Assembly (NCBI GenBank): GCA_964598205.1
Contig: CAZRBB010000005.1
Span: forward strand, 5,721-69,720
DNA from: an uncultured Candidatus Saccharibacteria bacterium
GTDB lineage: Bacteria > Patescibacteriota > Minisyncoccia > CAIUEV01 > JAHKAQ01
Direction of reading: 5' to 3'
Length of the DNA stretch: 64,000 nt
A model generated the notes under the pieces. The model saw only the letters and a program-made list of their open reading frames with translations, did no database searches and was not told the origin of the DNA. Shown in pieces: positions 1-8,886 of this stretch (its first letter is position 1; each line of letters begins with the position of its first letter). The position numbers and the translations under genes are program-made.

Positions 1-695
<695 letters not shown>

Positions 696-705
696 TTAAA
701 TTAAT

Positions 706-1680
706 TTAACTCTCCAAAACCACCATGCCACCGCTGATTTCGGCCAACTCGGCCGTAATTGCTGCTTGTCTGGCTTGGTTGTATTGAAGAGAAAAATTAT
801 AAATCATGTCTCCCGCCGTGTCGCTAGCATTCTTCATGGTCAACATTCTAGAAGAAAATTCCGCCGCTTGGAATTCCAAAAAAGCCTGGTAGATTTGACT
901 CTCCACCACCTTGGGTAGGATCGCTTTTAAAATCTTTTCCTTACTCGGTTCAAAAAGATAGCTTCGTTCATGCACTTCTTTTTTTAATTCTTCCATTTCT
1001 TCTTTTTCGGAAATTCCCCGACCCAACTCTTCTAGTTGGCGTTCCAAATCTTTTCTAGAAACCGGCAGTACCTGTCTTAGTCTTGGCTTATTGACCGCAG
1101 TAGAAATAAAGTCGGTATAAGCTAGGATCACTTTGTCGTAGCGTTTTTCCTTGTAGCCATCAATGGCGATCTTGGCTACTGGTCGCAAATCATAAAAGCC
1201 CGATTGGTCGTTAAAATCAGTAAAAGAAGCCACCAAATTTCTTCCCCGACGCACCATTTCTTCTCTCCCCTTTTTCCCTATCACCACCACCTCTGTTACT
1301 ACTTCGGAAGGATTGATCTTAGGCATAATCTTTCTCCCCCAAGTCCGATTAATCATCATGTTGTAAGGGTTGTCTAAATTTTCGGCCACCTTTCTTAAAA
1401 GTTGAGAATTCAACCCTCCACAAAGACCTTTATTGGAAGTAATAAGAATCAAACAGATTCGCTTTACATTACGAATTGCCAGAAGCGGATGCGTCTTGGC
1501 CGCCGCTTCCGAAATCTTAGTCAAAATTTCCCAAGCAGTTTGCGTGTATTCTCTGGTACAAAGCGCCCGTCCAATCACCTTCTTCATTTTAGAAGCAGCC
1601 ACCATTTCCATTGCCTTGGTGATTTTCTTGGTGTTCTTAATAGATTTTAGCCGGACCCTTAATTGTTTGGTGTTGGCCAT
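706..1680 (-). CDS. atpG: ATP synthase gamma subunit
   Basis: 324 aa, MANTKQLRVRLKSIKNTKKITKAMEMVAASKMKK... is a typical gamma N-terminus. The gene sits between atpA and atpD in the operon. Confidence 0.9.
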   Translation of the reverse strand: MANTKQLRVRLKSIKNTKKITKAMEMVAASKMKKVIGRALCTREYTQTAWEILTKISEAAAKTHPLLAIRNVKRICLILITSNKGLCGGLNSQLLRKVAENLDNPYNMMINRTWGRKIMPKINPSEVVTEVVVIGKKGREEMVRRGRNLVASFTDFNDQSGFYDLRPVAKIAIDGYKEKRYDKVILAYTDFISTAVNKPRLRQVLPVSRKDLERQLEELGRGISEKEEMEELKKEVHERSYLFEPSKEKILKAILPKVVESQIYQAFLEFQAAEFSSRMLTMKNASDTAGDMIYNFSLQYNQARQAAITAELAEISGGMVVLES

Positions 1681-1704
1681 AAATAAATTTAACCGCGAAA
1701 CAAT

Positions 1705-3285
1705 TTATTCTTTCTTGGAAGAATCAATCTTTTTTTCAAAGAAATGTTCCTTGCTCTCTTTTTCTACTTGATCCTTTTTGTCTACCTTTAATTTCTTAAA
1801 ATCATTCAGCGCTGCTTTAATTTTTTCCTTTAATTCATCGGCTAGAATTCCCGTAGTTTCTATCTCTTCTAATTCTTTAGATAAATTTTCCACCGCATAC
1901 TTTAACCATTCTTTTTCGTACTTCTGAATCGCTTCTATTTTTATGTCATCAAAAAAACCTTCGTTAACTGCCAAAATGGAAAAAACCTGCTGCGCCACCG
2001 GCATTGGCTGGTATTGGTCTTGTTTAATAATTTCTGTTAATCGTTTTCCCCGTTCTATTTGAGCTTTAGTCTTGGGATCTAAATCAGAAGAAAATTCGGC
2101 AAAAGCCGCCATTTCTCTGAATTGCGCCAAGTCCAAACGCATTTTTCCGGCTACCGCTTTAATCGCCTTAATCTGCGCCGCCGAACCTACCCGAGAAACC
2201 GAAAGACCAACATTCACCGCTGGTTTAATTCCCTGATAAAACAAATCGGATTCCAAATAAATTTGACCGTCGGTAATAGAAATAACATTCGTTGGAATAT
2301 AAGCAGAAACATCGCCAGCTTGAGTTTCAATGATTGGCAAAGCCGTTATAGAACCGCCACCCGCTTCTGGACTTAGGCGCGCTGCCCGCTCCAAAAGCCG
2401 AGAATGAAGATAGAAAATATCTCCAGGATACGCTTCTCGTCCTGGTGGACGGCGAAGCAATAAGGAAACCTGCCGATAACTCCAAGCGTGCTTGCTTAGA
2501 TCATCGTAAACCACTAAAACATCTTTTCCTTGATCCATAAAAAATTCAGCCATGGCACAACCAGCGTAAGGAGCAATAAAAGAAAGCGATGCTGGATCAG
2601 AAGATCCCGCCAAAACCACAATGGTGTGCTCCATTGCTTCTCTTTTTTCTAATTCGTGAACAATCCGTGCCACCTTAGACTTTTTTTGACCAATCGCCAC
2701 ATAAATACAAAGACAATCTTTTCCTTTTTGATTAATAATGGCATCTATGGCCAATGCCGTTTTCCCCGTTTGCCGATCACCAATAATTAATTCCCGTTGA
2801 CCGCGACCAATCGGAATTGTTAAATCGATTGCCTTAATGCCGGTTTGTAAGGGAACAGTTACCGATTTTCTAGCCATTACTCCCGGCGCTATCTTTTCTA
2901 TTGGATAAAATTGATCACTCTTTAATTCGCCTTTGCCATCTAACGCAAAACCCAGTGGATTAACCACTCTCCCCACCAATTCATTGCTTACCGGCACCGA
3001 AAGAATTCGTCCAGTAGTCTTTACCGGATCTCCTTCTTTGATTCCAGAAGCGTCTCCTAAAATCACCGCTCCTACGCTATCTTCCTTTAAATTCATTGCC
3101 ACTCCAAAAACATTGTTGCCAAAATCCAAAAGCTCAGAACTCATTGCTGCTCCTAAACCAGAAACCAAGGCAATCCCGTCTCCGGTTTCAATTACCCGAC
3201 CCACACCAACCGTTTCGGTTTGGGGATCAAAGCCTTCAATTTCCTTTTTTAAAAGCTCAATTATTTCGTCTTTTTTTTGAACCAT
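1705..3285 (-). CDS. atpA: ATP synthase alpha subunit
   Basis: 526 aa with the GDRQTGKT P-loop and full alpha-subunit homology. It carries a Lys-rich C-terminal tail. Confidence 0.95.
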   Translation of the reverse strand: MVQKKDEIIELLKKEIEGFDPQTETVGVGRVIETGDGIALVSGLGAAMSSELLDFGNNVFGVAMNLKEDSVGAVILGDASGIKEGDPVKTTGRILSVPVSNELVGRVVNPLGFALDGKGELKSDQFYPIEKIAPGVMARKSVTVPLQTGIKAIDLTIPIGRGQRELIIGDRQTGKTALAIDAIINQKGKDCLCIYVAIGQKKSKVARIVHELEKREAMEHTIVVLAGSSDPASLSFIAPYAGCAMAEFFMDQGKDVLVVYDDLSKHAWSYRQVSLLLRRPPGREAYPGDIFYLHSRLLERAARLSPEAGGGSITALPIIETQAGDVSAYIPTNVISITDGQIYLESDLFYQGIKPAVNVGLSVSRVGSAAQIKAIKAVAGKMRLDLAQFREMAAFAEFSSDLDPKTKAQIERGKRLTEIIKQDQYQPMPVAQQVFSILAVNEGFFDDIKIEAIQKYEKEWLKYAVENLSKELEEIETTGILADELKEKIKAALNDFKKLKVDKKDQVEKESKEHFFEKKIDSSKKE

Positions 3286-3315
3286 CTTAAGTTTTAAAAA
3301 CTAAATTGTTAATTT

Positions 3316-3717
3316 TTAAGCATCAACACTGGAGCGCCAACGACTAAGCGCACCCCGAAAAGATCCGTCAATCAACCGATCAGGAAAACTTATCTTAAAA
3401 CCTCCAATCAGATCTTTATTTTCCTTGGCTTTAATCAAAATTTCTTTATCTGGATAAACCGCTTTTAATGTTTTTTCAACTTCCGCCAAAGGAGATCCGG
3501 AAGCATATTCCAAAAAAGCTTTTACAGTAAAATCAGGATCGGTTTCGTATTTTTTCTTAATGATTTCTAAAACCAAAGACCAATCCCCTAAACGATGGTG
3601 CTTTTTTAAAAGTCGCCATAAATTTTGACTAAGCCGAGAAAGTTCTTCCTTTTCCCCAGAAGAAGCAATCGCCGCTTCGTAAAAGGCCGAGGCGTATTTT
3701 TCAAGAGCCAAGGCCAT
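3316..3717 (-). CDS. atpH: ATP synthase delta (OSCP) subunit, short form
   Basis: 133 aa at the operon position between atpF and atpA, with an OSCP-like C-terminal region. It overlaps atpF by 17 nt. Confidence 0.65.
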   Translation of the reverse strand: MALALEKYASAFYEAAIASSGEKEELSRLSQNLWRLLKKHHRLGDWSLVLEIIKKKYETDPDFTVKAFLEYASGSPLAEVEKTLKAVYPDKEILIKAKENKDLIGGFKISFPDRLIDGSFRGALSRWRSSVDA

Positions 3718-4228
3718 TGTTTTTGGTGTTACCTTTTCTTAGTAGATCTTCTAATTCACCAATCGCCGCTGCTTCTCCTTCGGAAGAAATGCTTTGTTTA
3801 AGTATTTTCCCGGCAAGCATTACCGAAAGATCCGCAATCTCTTTCTTAGCCGAAAGAACTAGGGCTTCCTTTTCTTGAGCAATTTCTTTTCGCGCTTTTT
3901 CTTTTAATTCTTCTAGTTGCCGTAATAACTGTTCCTTGGTTTTTAATCGTTCTTCTTCCGCTTCTTTCTGAAAAATTTCTCTAGAAGCAGCTGCTTCTTT
4001 CTTGGCTTTTAGAATTCTTTTTTCCATTTCTAAATCAGCCTGAGCCGTTTTTTCGGCCAACTCCTCTGCTCCTTTTAGACTTTCCGCTATTTTTTTTCGG
4101 CGCTTTTCTAAAACCGAAAGTAAAGGATGATAAAGAAACTTATAAAGCACTATTAAAAGAAGAAAAAAATTAACAATCTGCGCTAAAATAATTTTTCCAT
4201 CTATTCCTAATTTTTCAATTAATTCCAT
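3701..4228 (-). CDS. atpF: ATP synthase Fo subunit b
   Basis: 175 aa with an N-terminal TM helix followed by a long charged coiled coil (EELAEKTAQADLEMEKRILKAKKEAA...). Confidence 0.8.
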   Translation of the reverse strand: MELIEKLGIDGKIILAQIVNFFLLLIVLYKFLYHPLLSVLEKRRKKIAESLKGAEELAEKTAQADLEMEKRILKAKKEAAASREIFQKEAEEERLKTKEQLLRQLEELKEKARKEIAQEKEALVLSAKKEIADLSVMLAGKILKQSISSEGEAAAIGELEDLLRKGNTKNNGLGS

Positions 4229-4306
4229 AATTGAAGCTCAAAATTTGAAACTTGCTTTTTGTGTTGCGGGACCAAATAAAATACCTAATCCCACCTTAAA
4301 AATAAA

Positions 4307-4561
4307 CTAGGCTACGAATTTAATAATCAAAGCCACTACTAAAGAATAAATTGCAATTGCTTCTGCAAAGGCAATCGCCACGACCATTGCTCCTTGAATC
4401 TTAGAAGCAGCTTCTGGATTGCGACCAATTGCTCGCATTGCTTTTCCGGCTAAAACTCCGATTGCAATTGAAGGACTGATTCCTCCAACAGCAATTGCCA
4501 AGGCGCTAGCCAAGTCTTTTAACTGCATTCCGGCTTCTACTGCTTGTTTGGTTTCTTCCAT
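4307..4561 (-). CDS. atpE: ATP synthase Fo subunit c
   Basis: 84 aa two-helix proteolipid. The GRNPEAASKIQG loop and conserved acidic residue are typical of the c-ring subunit. Confidence 0.9.
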   Translation of the reverse strand: MEETKQAVEAGMQLKDLASALAIAVGGISPSIAIGVLAGKAMRAIGRNPEAASKIQGAMVVAIAFAEAIAIYSLVVALIIKFVA

Positions 4562-4619
4562 ATAATTTTTTAAAACTTATTATTTATTAAATTAAGTTAT
4601 TTATCTTAATAAAACAACT

Positions 4620-4715
4620 TTCCTAATTATGAATTTCTAATTTTGAATTTCGATTAAAATTTGAATTCTAAATTTTAAATTATTTCGAAACTCAAAATTA
4701 GAAATTCAAAATTAA
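4620..4715. repeat. AT-rich GAATTTCGA / ATTTCGAAACTCAAAATTAGAAATTCAAAATT motif cluster between atpE and atpB
   Basis: Contains ctaattttgaatttcgattaaaatttgaattc and ttatttcgaaactcaaaattagaaattcaaaatt, read directly. Confidence 0.7.
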
Positions 4716-5450
4716 TCAATGGTGCGCTTCTGTAGCCATTTTTATAAAGAACAAAGAAAGCATGGTGAAAACCAAAGCCTGAACCACTCCCACAAAAAGC
4801 TCCATTCCGTAAAAAGGCAAAGGGACTAAGAACGGAGCAATACTGGTAATTACCACTAAAAGAACTTCTCCAGCAAAGACATTGCCAAAAAGCCGAAAAC
4901 TAAAAGAAACAATTTTTGCCGCTTCACTAACTATTTCTAAAATTCCCATAAAAAAATCAATCGGACTTTTAAAATTAATAAATTTTTTTAAATAGTCACG
5001 ACCTAGAGTCGCCACTCCAAAAAACTGAACTAGCACCACAGAAATCAGCGCCCAGCTTAAAGTAGCATTTAGGTCAGAATTAACACTTCTAAAAAGTGGA
5101 ATAAATTTTTCGTGGCCAGCCTCTCCTTCCCTAAAACCAATACTCCCAATTCCTGGTAAAAGACCGAACCAGTTAGAAAACATAATAAAGATAAAAAAAG
5201 TAGCCAAAAGGGAAAAATATTTTTGGGTTTTTTTTCGATCTTCCCAAATGGAATCAAAAAAATTAAAAAGACCCTCTATAATGGCCTCAAAAAAATTCTG
5301 CATTTTCCCAGGAATCATTTTAGTACCGCGACCACCAAAATAAGCCAGTACAGATAGAATAATCACCACCAACCAACTAGTTAGCAGGGCATTATTTACC
5401 CCAAAAGATCCTATTTTAAAAATTGGTTCAGCCGCTAGGGAAACATGCAT
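4716..5450 (-). CDS. atpB: ATP synthase Fo subunit a
   Basis: 244 aa polytopic membrane protein carrying the conserved Arg motif (...FSFRLFGN...) of subunit a. Confidence 0.85.
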   Translation of the reverse strand: MHVSLAAEPIFKIGSFGVNNALLTSWLVVIILSVLAYFGGRGTKMIPGKMQNFFEAIIEGLFNFFDSIWEDRKKTQKYFSLLATFFIFIMFSNWFGLLPGIGSIGFREGEAGHEKFIPLFRSVNSDLNATLSWALISVVLVQFFGVATLGRDYLKKFINFKSPIDFFMGILEIVSEAAKIVSFSFRLFGNVFAGEVLLVVITSIAPFLVPLPFYGMELFVGVVQALVFTMLSLFFIKMATEAHH

Positions 5451-5535
5451 CTTTTGTTCATTTAGAATTTAGGCGTTTAAGTGCGCAAATTCTTAACTTA
5501 ATTAAATAAACCAGTCAATTGACTGCTTTTATTAT

Positions 5536-5793
5536 TTATTTAATTTTTTCCAAATACTGTTTAAACTTTCTAACCAGTCCCACACTAGAAATAACGCTGG
5601 CCAAAAACATAGAGCTCAAAAGAAAAAGTGGAGACTTGCCAGTTTTTTGATCTAGCCACATTCCTCCCCAAACCGCACCCAAAAGAGGAATCACAATTAC
5701 ATAACCCATTGTCCAAGCAATTTCTAAAGCCTTAAATAACGCACCAGAATCTTTTTTAAAAACCTCTTTTTTGCTTGGTTCTTTATTTTCCAT
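5536..5793 (-). CDS. AtpZ/AtpI-like small membrane protein at the head of the atp operon
   Basis: 85 aa with two TM helices, sitting immediately upstream of atpB. This position and size match the AtpZ/AtpI family. Confidence 0.5.
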   Translation of the reverse strand: MENKEPSKKEVFKKDSGALFKALEIAWTMGYVIVIPLLGAVWGGMWLDQKTGKSPLFLLSSMFLASVISSVGLVRKFKQYLEKIK

Positions 5794-5831
5794 AGCAGAA
5801 TATCTTCATCATAGCGAGGAAATAATGAATG

Positions 5832-6902
5832 TCAACCTCTCTTTTCTTTCCACCAGATCAAAAGTGGACTGGCTACAAAAATGGAAGAATAGCTACCTAA
5901 GGTAATTCCCACAATCAAGGCTAGCGCAAAATAAAAAGTACTAGCACCTCCCCAAATCAAAATCGCAAAAAGAGTTATTAATGTGGCAAAAGAAGTGTTA
6001 AGAGAACGCGTTAATGTCTCATTGATGCTTCTATCTACTAAATCCCGAAAATTATCTTCCTTTCCTGCTAAAACATTTTCCCTAATCCGATCAAAAATAA
6101 TTATAGTGTCATTGACTGAATATCCCAAAATAGTTAAAAGTGCTGCAATAAAAAATGAATTAACTTCCACTCCCCCAAATCTCCCAAGTACCGAAAAAAC
6201 TCCAACAGTGATTAAAATATCGTGCGCCAAAGCAATAATCGCCACCGTTCCATAACGAAAAGATTCATATTTATTAAAACTTCCAGAAATTCCCCGAAAA
6301 GCCCAAGCCACATAAATTAAAATAGAAATCAACACCAAGATAATTGCTGACTGGGTTTTTTGCCTTAATTCTTTTCCAACTTTAGCCCCGATCGACTGAA
6401 AATCAACCTCCTCTACTGATTCACCGGAAGTTGATTTAATTTCTTCTTGAGTATTTTCTTCTTTTGATTTTTCGGCCACTTTTTGGCGTAATTGACTTAA
6501 GACCAGTTGATGTTCTGGCTCTGTGAGTGATCTCATTTTAATCAATACTTCCCTTTTTCCCACCGGCTGAGTCGTAATTTCTCCTAAATTACCCAAAGCA
6601 GTAGGAGAAGATTTTTCCGAGTTAAGATTTTTTAATAATGGATCATTAGACAAAACTGCTTTTTCTTTTTGGGTTGCTCCCTGTGTTACTGCTCCTCCCC
6701 CACCAAGCGCTTGCTTAATTTCTACAGCCGAAAGCTCTGCTTGATTAAATTTTACTCGCAAAAGCGAACCACCGGTAAAATCAATTCCGGGTTTTAACCC
6801 CCAAAACATTAAAGAAATCAAAGAAAGAACCATTAAAGATCCAGAAATAGAAAGCCAAATTTTCCCTCTTGCAACAATCTTCATCTTTGAATTTAGAATC
6901 AA
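5832..6902 (-). CDS. secF: Protein-export membrane protein SecF
   Basis: 356 aa with an N-terminal TM, a periplasmic domain and a C-terminal 5-TM bundle typical of SecF. It lies directly downstream of secD. Confidence 0.9.
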   Translation of the reverse strand: MILNSKMKIVARGKIWLSISGSLMVLSLISLMFWGLKPGIDFTGGSLLRVKFNQAELSAVEIKQALGGGGAVTQGATQKEKAVLSNDPLLKNLNSEKSSPTALGNLGEITTQPVGKREVLIKMRSLTEPEHQLVLSQLRQKVAEKSKEENTQEEIKSTSGESVEEVDFQSIGAKVGKELRQKTQSAIILVLISILIYVAWAFRGISGSFNKYESFRYGTVAIIALAHDILITVGVFSVLGRFGGVEVNSFFIAALLTILGYSVNDTIIIFDRIRENVLAGKEDNFRDLVDRSINETLTRSLNTSFATLITLFAILIWGGASTFYFALALIVGITLGSYSSIFVASPLLIWWKEKRG

Positions 6903-6937
6903 AAATTATTTCTTCTCTAACTATCTTTACACTTTCT

Positions 6938-7100
6938 AACAGCTATGGTTTGTTTTTCCAAGGAGAGCATATCGGAAAAATTGCTCGGTTCCGGAATTTA
7001 TAATTTTTTCCAAATAAATTCCGGAAATTTTTCCGATATTCTAGCAAGATTTTTCGCCGGAAAAAATCGAGCGTCTCCTTAAAAACAAACCATAGCTGTT
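6938..7100. repeat. Perfect 20-bp inverted repeat (AACAGCTATGGTTTGTTTTT / AAAAACAAACCATAGCTGTT) enclosing an internal TTCCGGAA-rich nested palindrome
   Basis: The arms were read directly at 6938-6957 and 7081-7100. The ~123-nt interior holds a second hairpin, ttccggaatttat...ataaattccggaa. The element lies in the secD-secF intergenic region. Confidence 0.8.
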
Positions 7101-7117
7101 AAAAAGTTATTTGCTTG

Positions 7118-8827
7118 TTATTTTTTCTCATCGTCCGTAATTCGTGATTTCCTTACTAGTCCCCAAGCTAATTTTTTCCCCATGAACTGCTCCAAAAATC
7201 CTAAAATAGTTTGGGAAACAAAAATTGCCGAAAACATGGAAAAAATAATACCCACTCCTAAAGTAATGGCGAATCCCTTAACCGATCCCGTACCCATCCC
7301 CGCTAAAATAACACAGGTTATAAGAGTAGAAAAATTGCCATCCCGAATAGACGGCCAAGCTCTTTTTTCGGCATTTTTTAGCGCCGTCTTCATGTTTCTA
7401 CCTTCCCTTAACTCTTCTTTCATCCGCTCAAAAATTAGAACATTGGCATCCACTGCCATTCCCAAAGACAAAACAAATCCCGCAATTCCAGCTAAAGTTA
7501 AAGTTACTCCTAAAATTTTAAAAACCGCTACTAAAGTTACCGCATAGAACGCCAATGCCAAAACCGCTATTAATCCTGGTAAAAGATAAAAAGCAATCAT
7601 AAATCCAGAAACCAAAGCCAAACCAAAAGCACCAGCAGTAAGACTTTGCTGTAACGAAACCTTTCCTAGACTTGCACCCACCAATTCCTGGCTCAAAAGT
7701 TCAATCGGTACCGGCAACGCTCCGGAATTTAATCGCTTGGCCAAATCCTTAGCTTCTGCTAAATCCCTAGAACCAGTGATTACTGCTTGACCATCGGCAA
7801 TCACCGTTCGCACCACTGGCACAGTAACCGGCTGTCCGTCTAATAAAATAGCTACTCTCTTTTCCTGATTTCTTTCGGTGATTTCTCTAAAAAGATTTTT
7901 GCCTTCTTCGTCGAATCGCAAAGAAACTTGGGGTTCTTGCGTATTCTGATCAAAAACTACTTGCGCATCTTTTAGGTTTTTACCAGAAAGTCCCGTTGGT
8001 TTAAAAGGAAACCCTGTAGTTTCTTCTTTCTTTTCTTCGTCCACCAAAAGAAATAGAATATGACTCGTCCTTACTTCTTTCCCATCACCCTCACCCCTTT
8101 CATTGGTCTTTTTAAGAATATGATAACCAAAAGGACTCTTTACTAATTCCCGCCAAACCGAACCTTTTATAAAACGAGAATTAAAAAAAATCGTTTCTAA
8201 TTCGGGAACAAAAGCTTGTTCACCATTCTTCTTGTAAAAATCCAAATCACCGCCCGCCTCTTTGCTCCCAGGATCTTCTGAATATTTCTTAGCTAATTTG
8301 GAAAAATCTTCTCCACTTAAAGCTCTTTTTAAAACCGCTTCAGCTTCAACTTTTTTTGCTTGATTCTGCTCCTTTCTTAGTGTCTTTTCGGAATCGGTTA
8401 GGGCATAATCTTTGTCTGTTTTTTCTTCCCAAAATTCCAAAATGGGAGTCTCCCCAATCATTTTCACAGCCAAAGAGATATCTTTAGCGCCAGCCAAATC
8501 CACTGTAATTCGCTGCTCCCCGCCCGATTGTGAAGTAGTTACTTCTGGTTCAGAAATACCATAAGCATTGACTCTTCTTTCAATTACATCTCTAGCTCCG
8601 CTTAAGCTTTCTGCCACCCGATCCGAAGGAATCCGGCTCATGTCCGCCTTGTAAACCAAGTGCGCCCCTCCTTCTAAGTCTAGCCCTAGATCAATTTTTA
8701 AATCTCTTAAATACTTTCCAATATTTTTACCAAAAATAGAAAAATCCGGCATTACAGGACTAGCTATCGCCGCAAAAGCAATAAACATTAAGCTAATCAA
8801 AAAAAGTCTGGAATTTATCTTTTTCAT
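7118..8827 (-). CDS. secD: Protein translocase subunit SecD with an embedded parvulin-type PPIase-like domain in its periplasmic head
   Basis: 569 aa with SecD N- and C-terminal homology and a 6-TM bundle. The central segment ...SKEAGGDLDFYKKNGEQAFVPELETIFF...SPFGYHILKK...VRTSHILF matches the parvulin GGDLG...FGYHII signature. Confidence 0.9.
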   Translation of the reverse strand: MKKINSRLFLISLMFIAFAAIASPVMPDFSIFGKNIGKYLRDLKIDLGLDLEGGAHLVYKADMSRIPSDRVAESLSGARDVIERRVNAYGISEPEVTTSQSGGEQRITVDLAGAKDISLAVKMIGETPILEFWEEKTDKDYALTDSEKTLRKEQNQAKKVEAEAVLKRALSGEDFSKLAKKYSEDPGSKEAGGDLDFYKKNGEQAFVPELETIFFNSRFIKGSVWRELVKSPFGYHILKKTNERGEGDGKEVRTSHILFLLVDEEKKEETTGFPFKPTGLSGKNLKDAQVVFDQNTQEPQVSLRFDEEGKNLFREITERNQEKRVAILLDGQPVTVPVVRTVIADGQAVITGSRDLAEAKDLAKRLNSGALPVPIELLSQELVGASLGKVSLQQSLTAGAFGLALVSGFMIAFYLLPGLIAVLALAFYAVTLVAVFKILGVTLTLAGIAGFVLSLGMAVDANVLIFERMKEELREGRNMKTALKNAEKRAWPSIRDGNFSTLITCVILAGMGTGSVKGFAITLGVGIIFSMFSAIFVSQTILGFLEQFMGKKLAWGLVRKSRITDDEKK

Positions 8828-8886
8828 AGAACAGAATAATAAAGCTATCTTTTATTTGTGGCAAGCTTTTGCCTCTTAATTTCGCT

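Noticed and set aside
2122-3290. Plus-strand ORFs (2122..2376, 2933..3280, 3096..3290) inside atpA
   Set aside because: They lie antisense within a strongly conserved atpA coding region and have low-complexity translations, so they are spurious.
7182-7547. 121-aa plus-strand ORF inside secD
   Set aside because: It is antisense to the conserved SecD TM region with no independent signals, so it is spurious.
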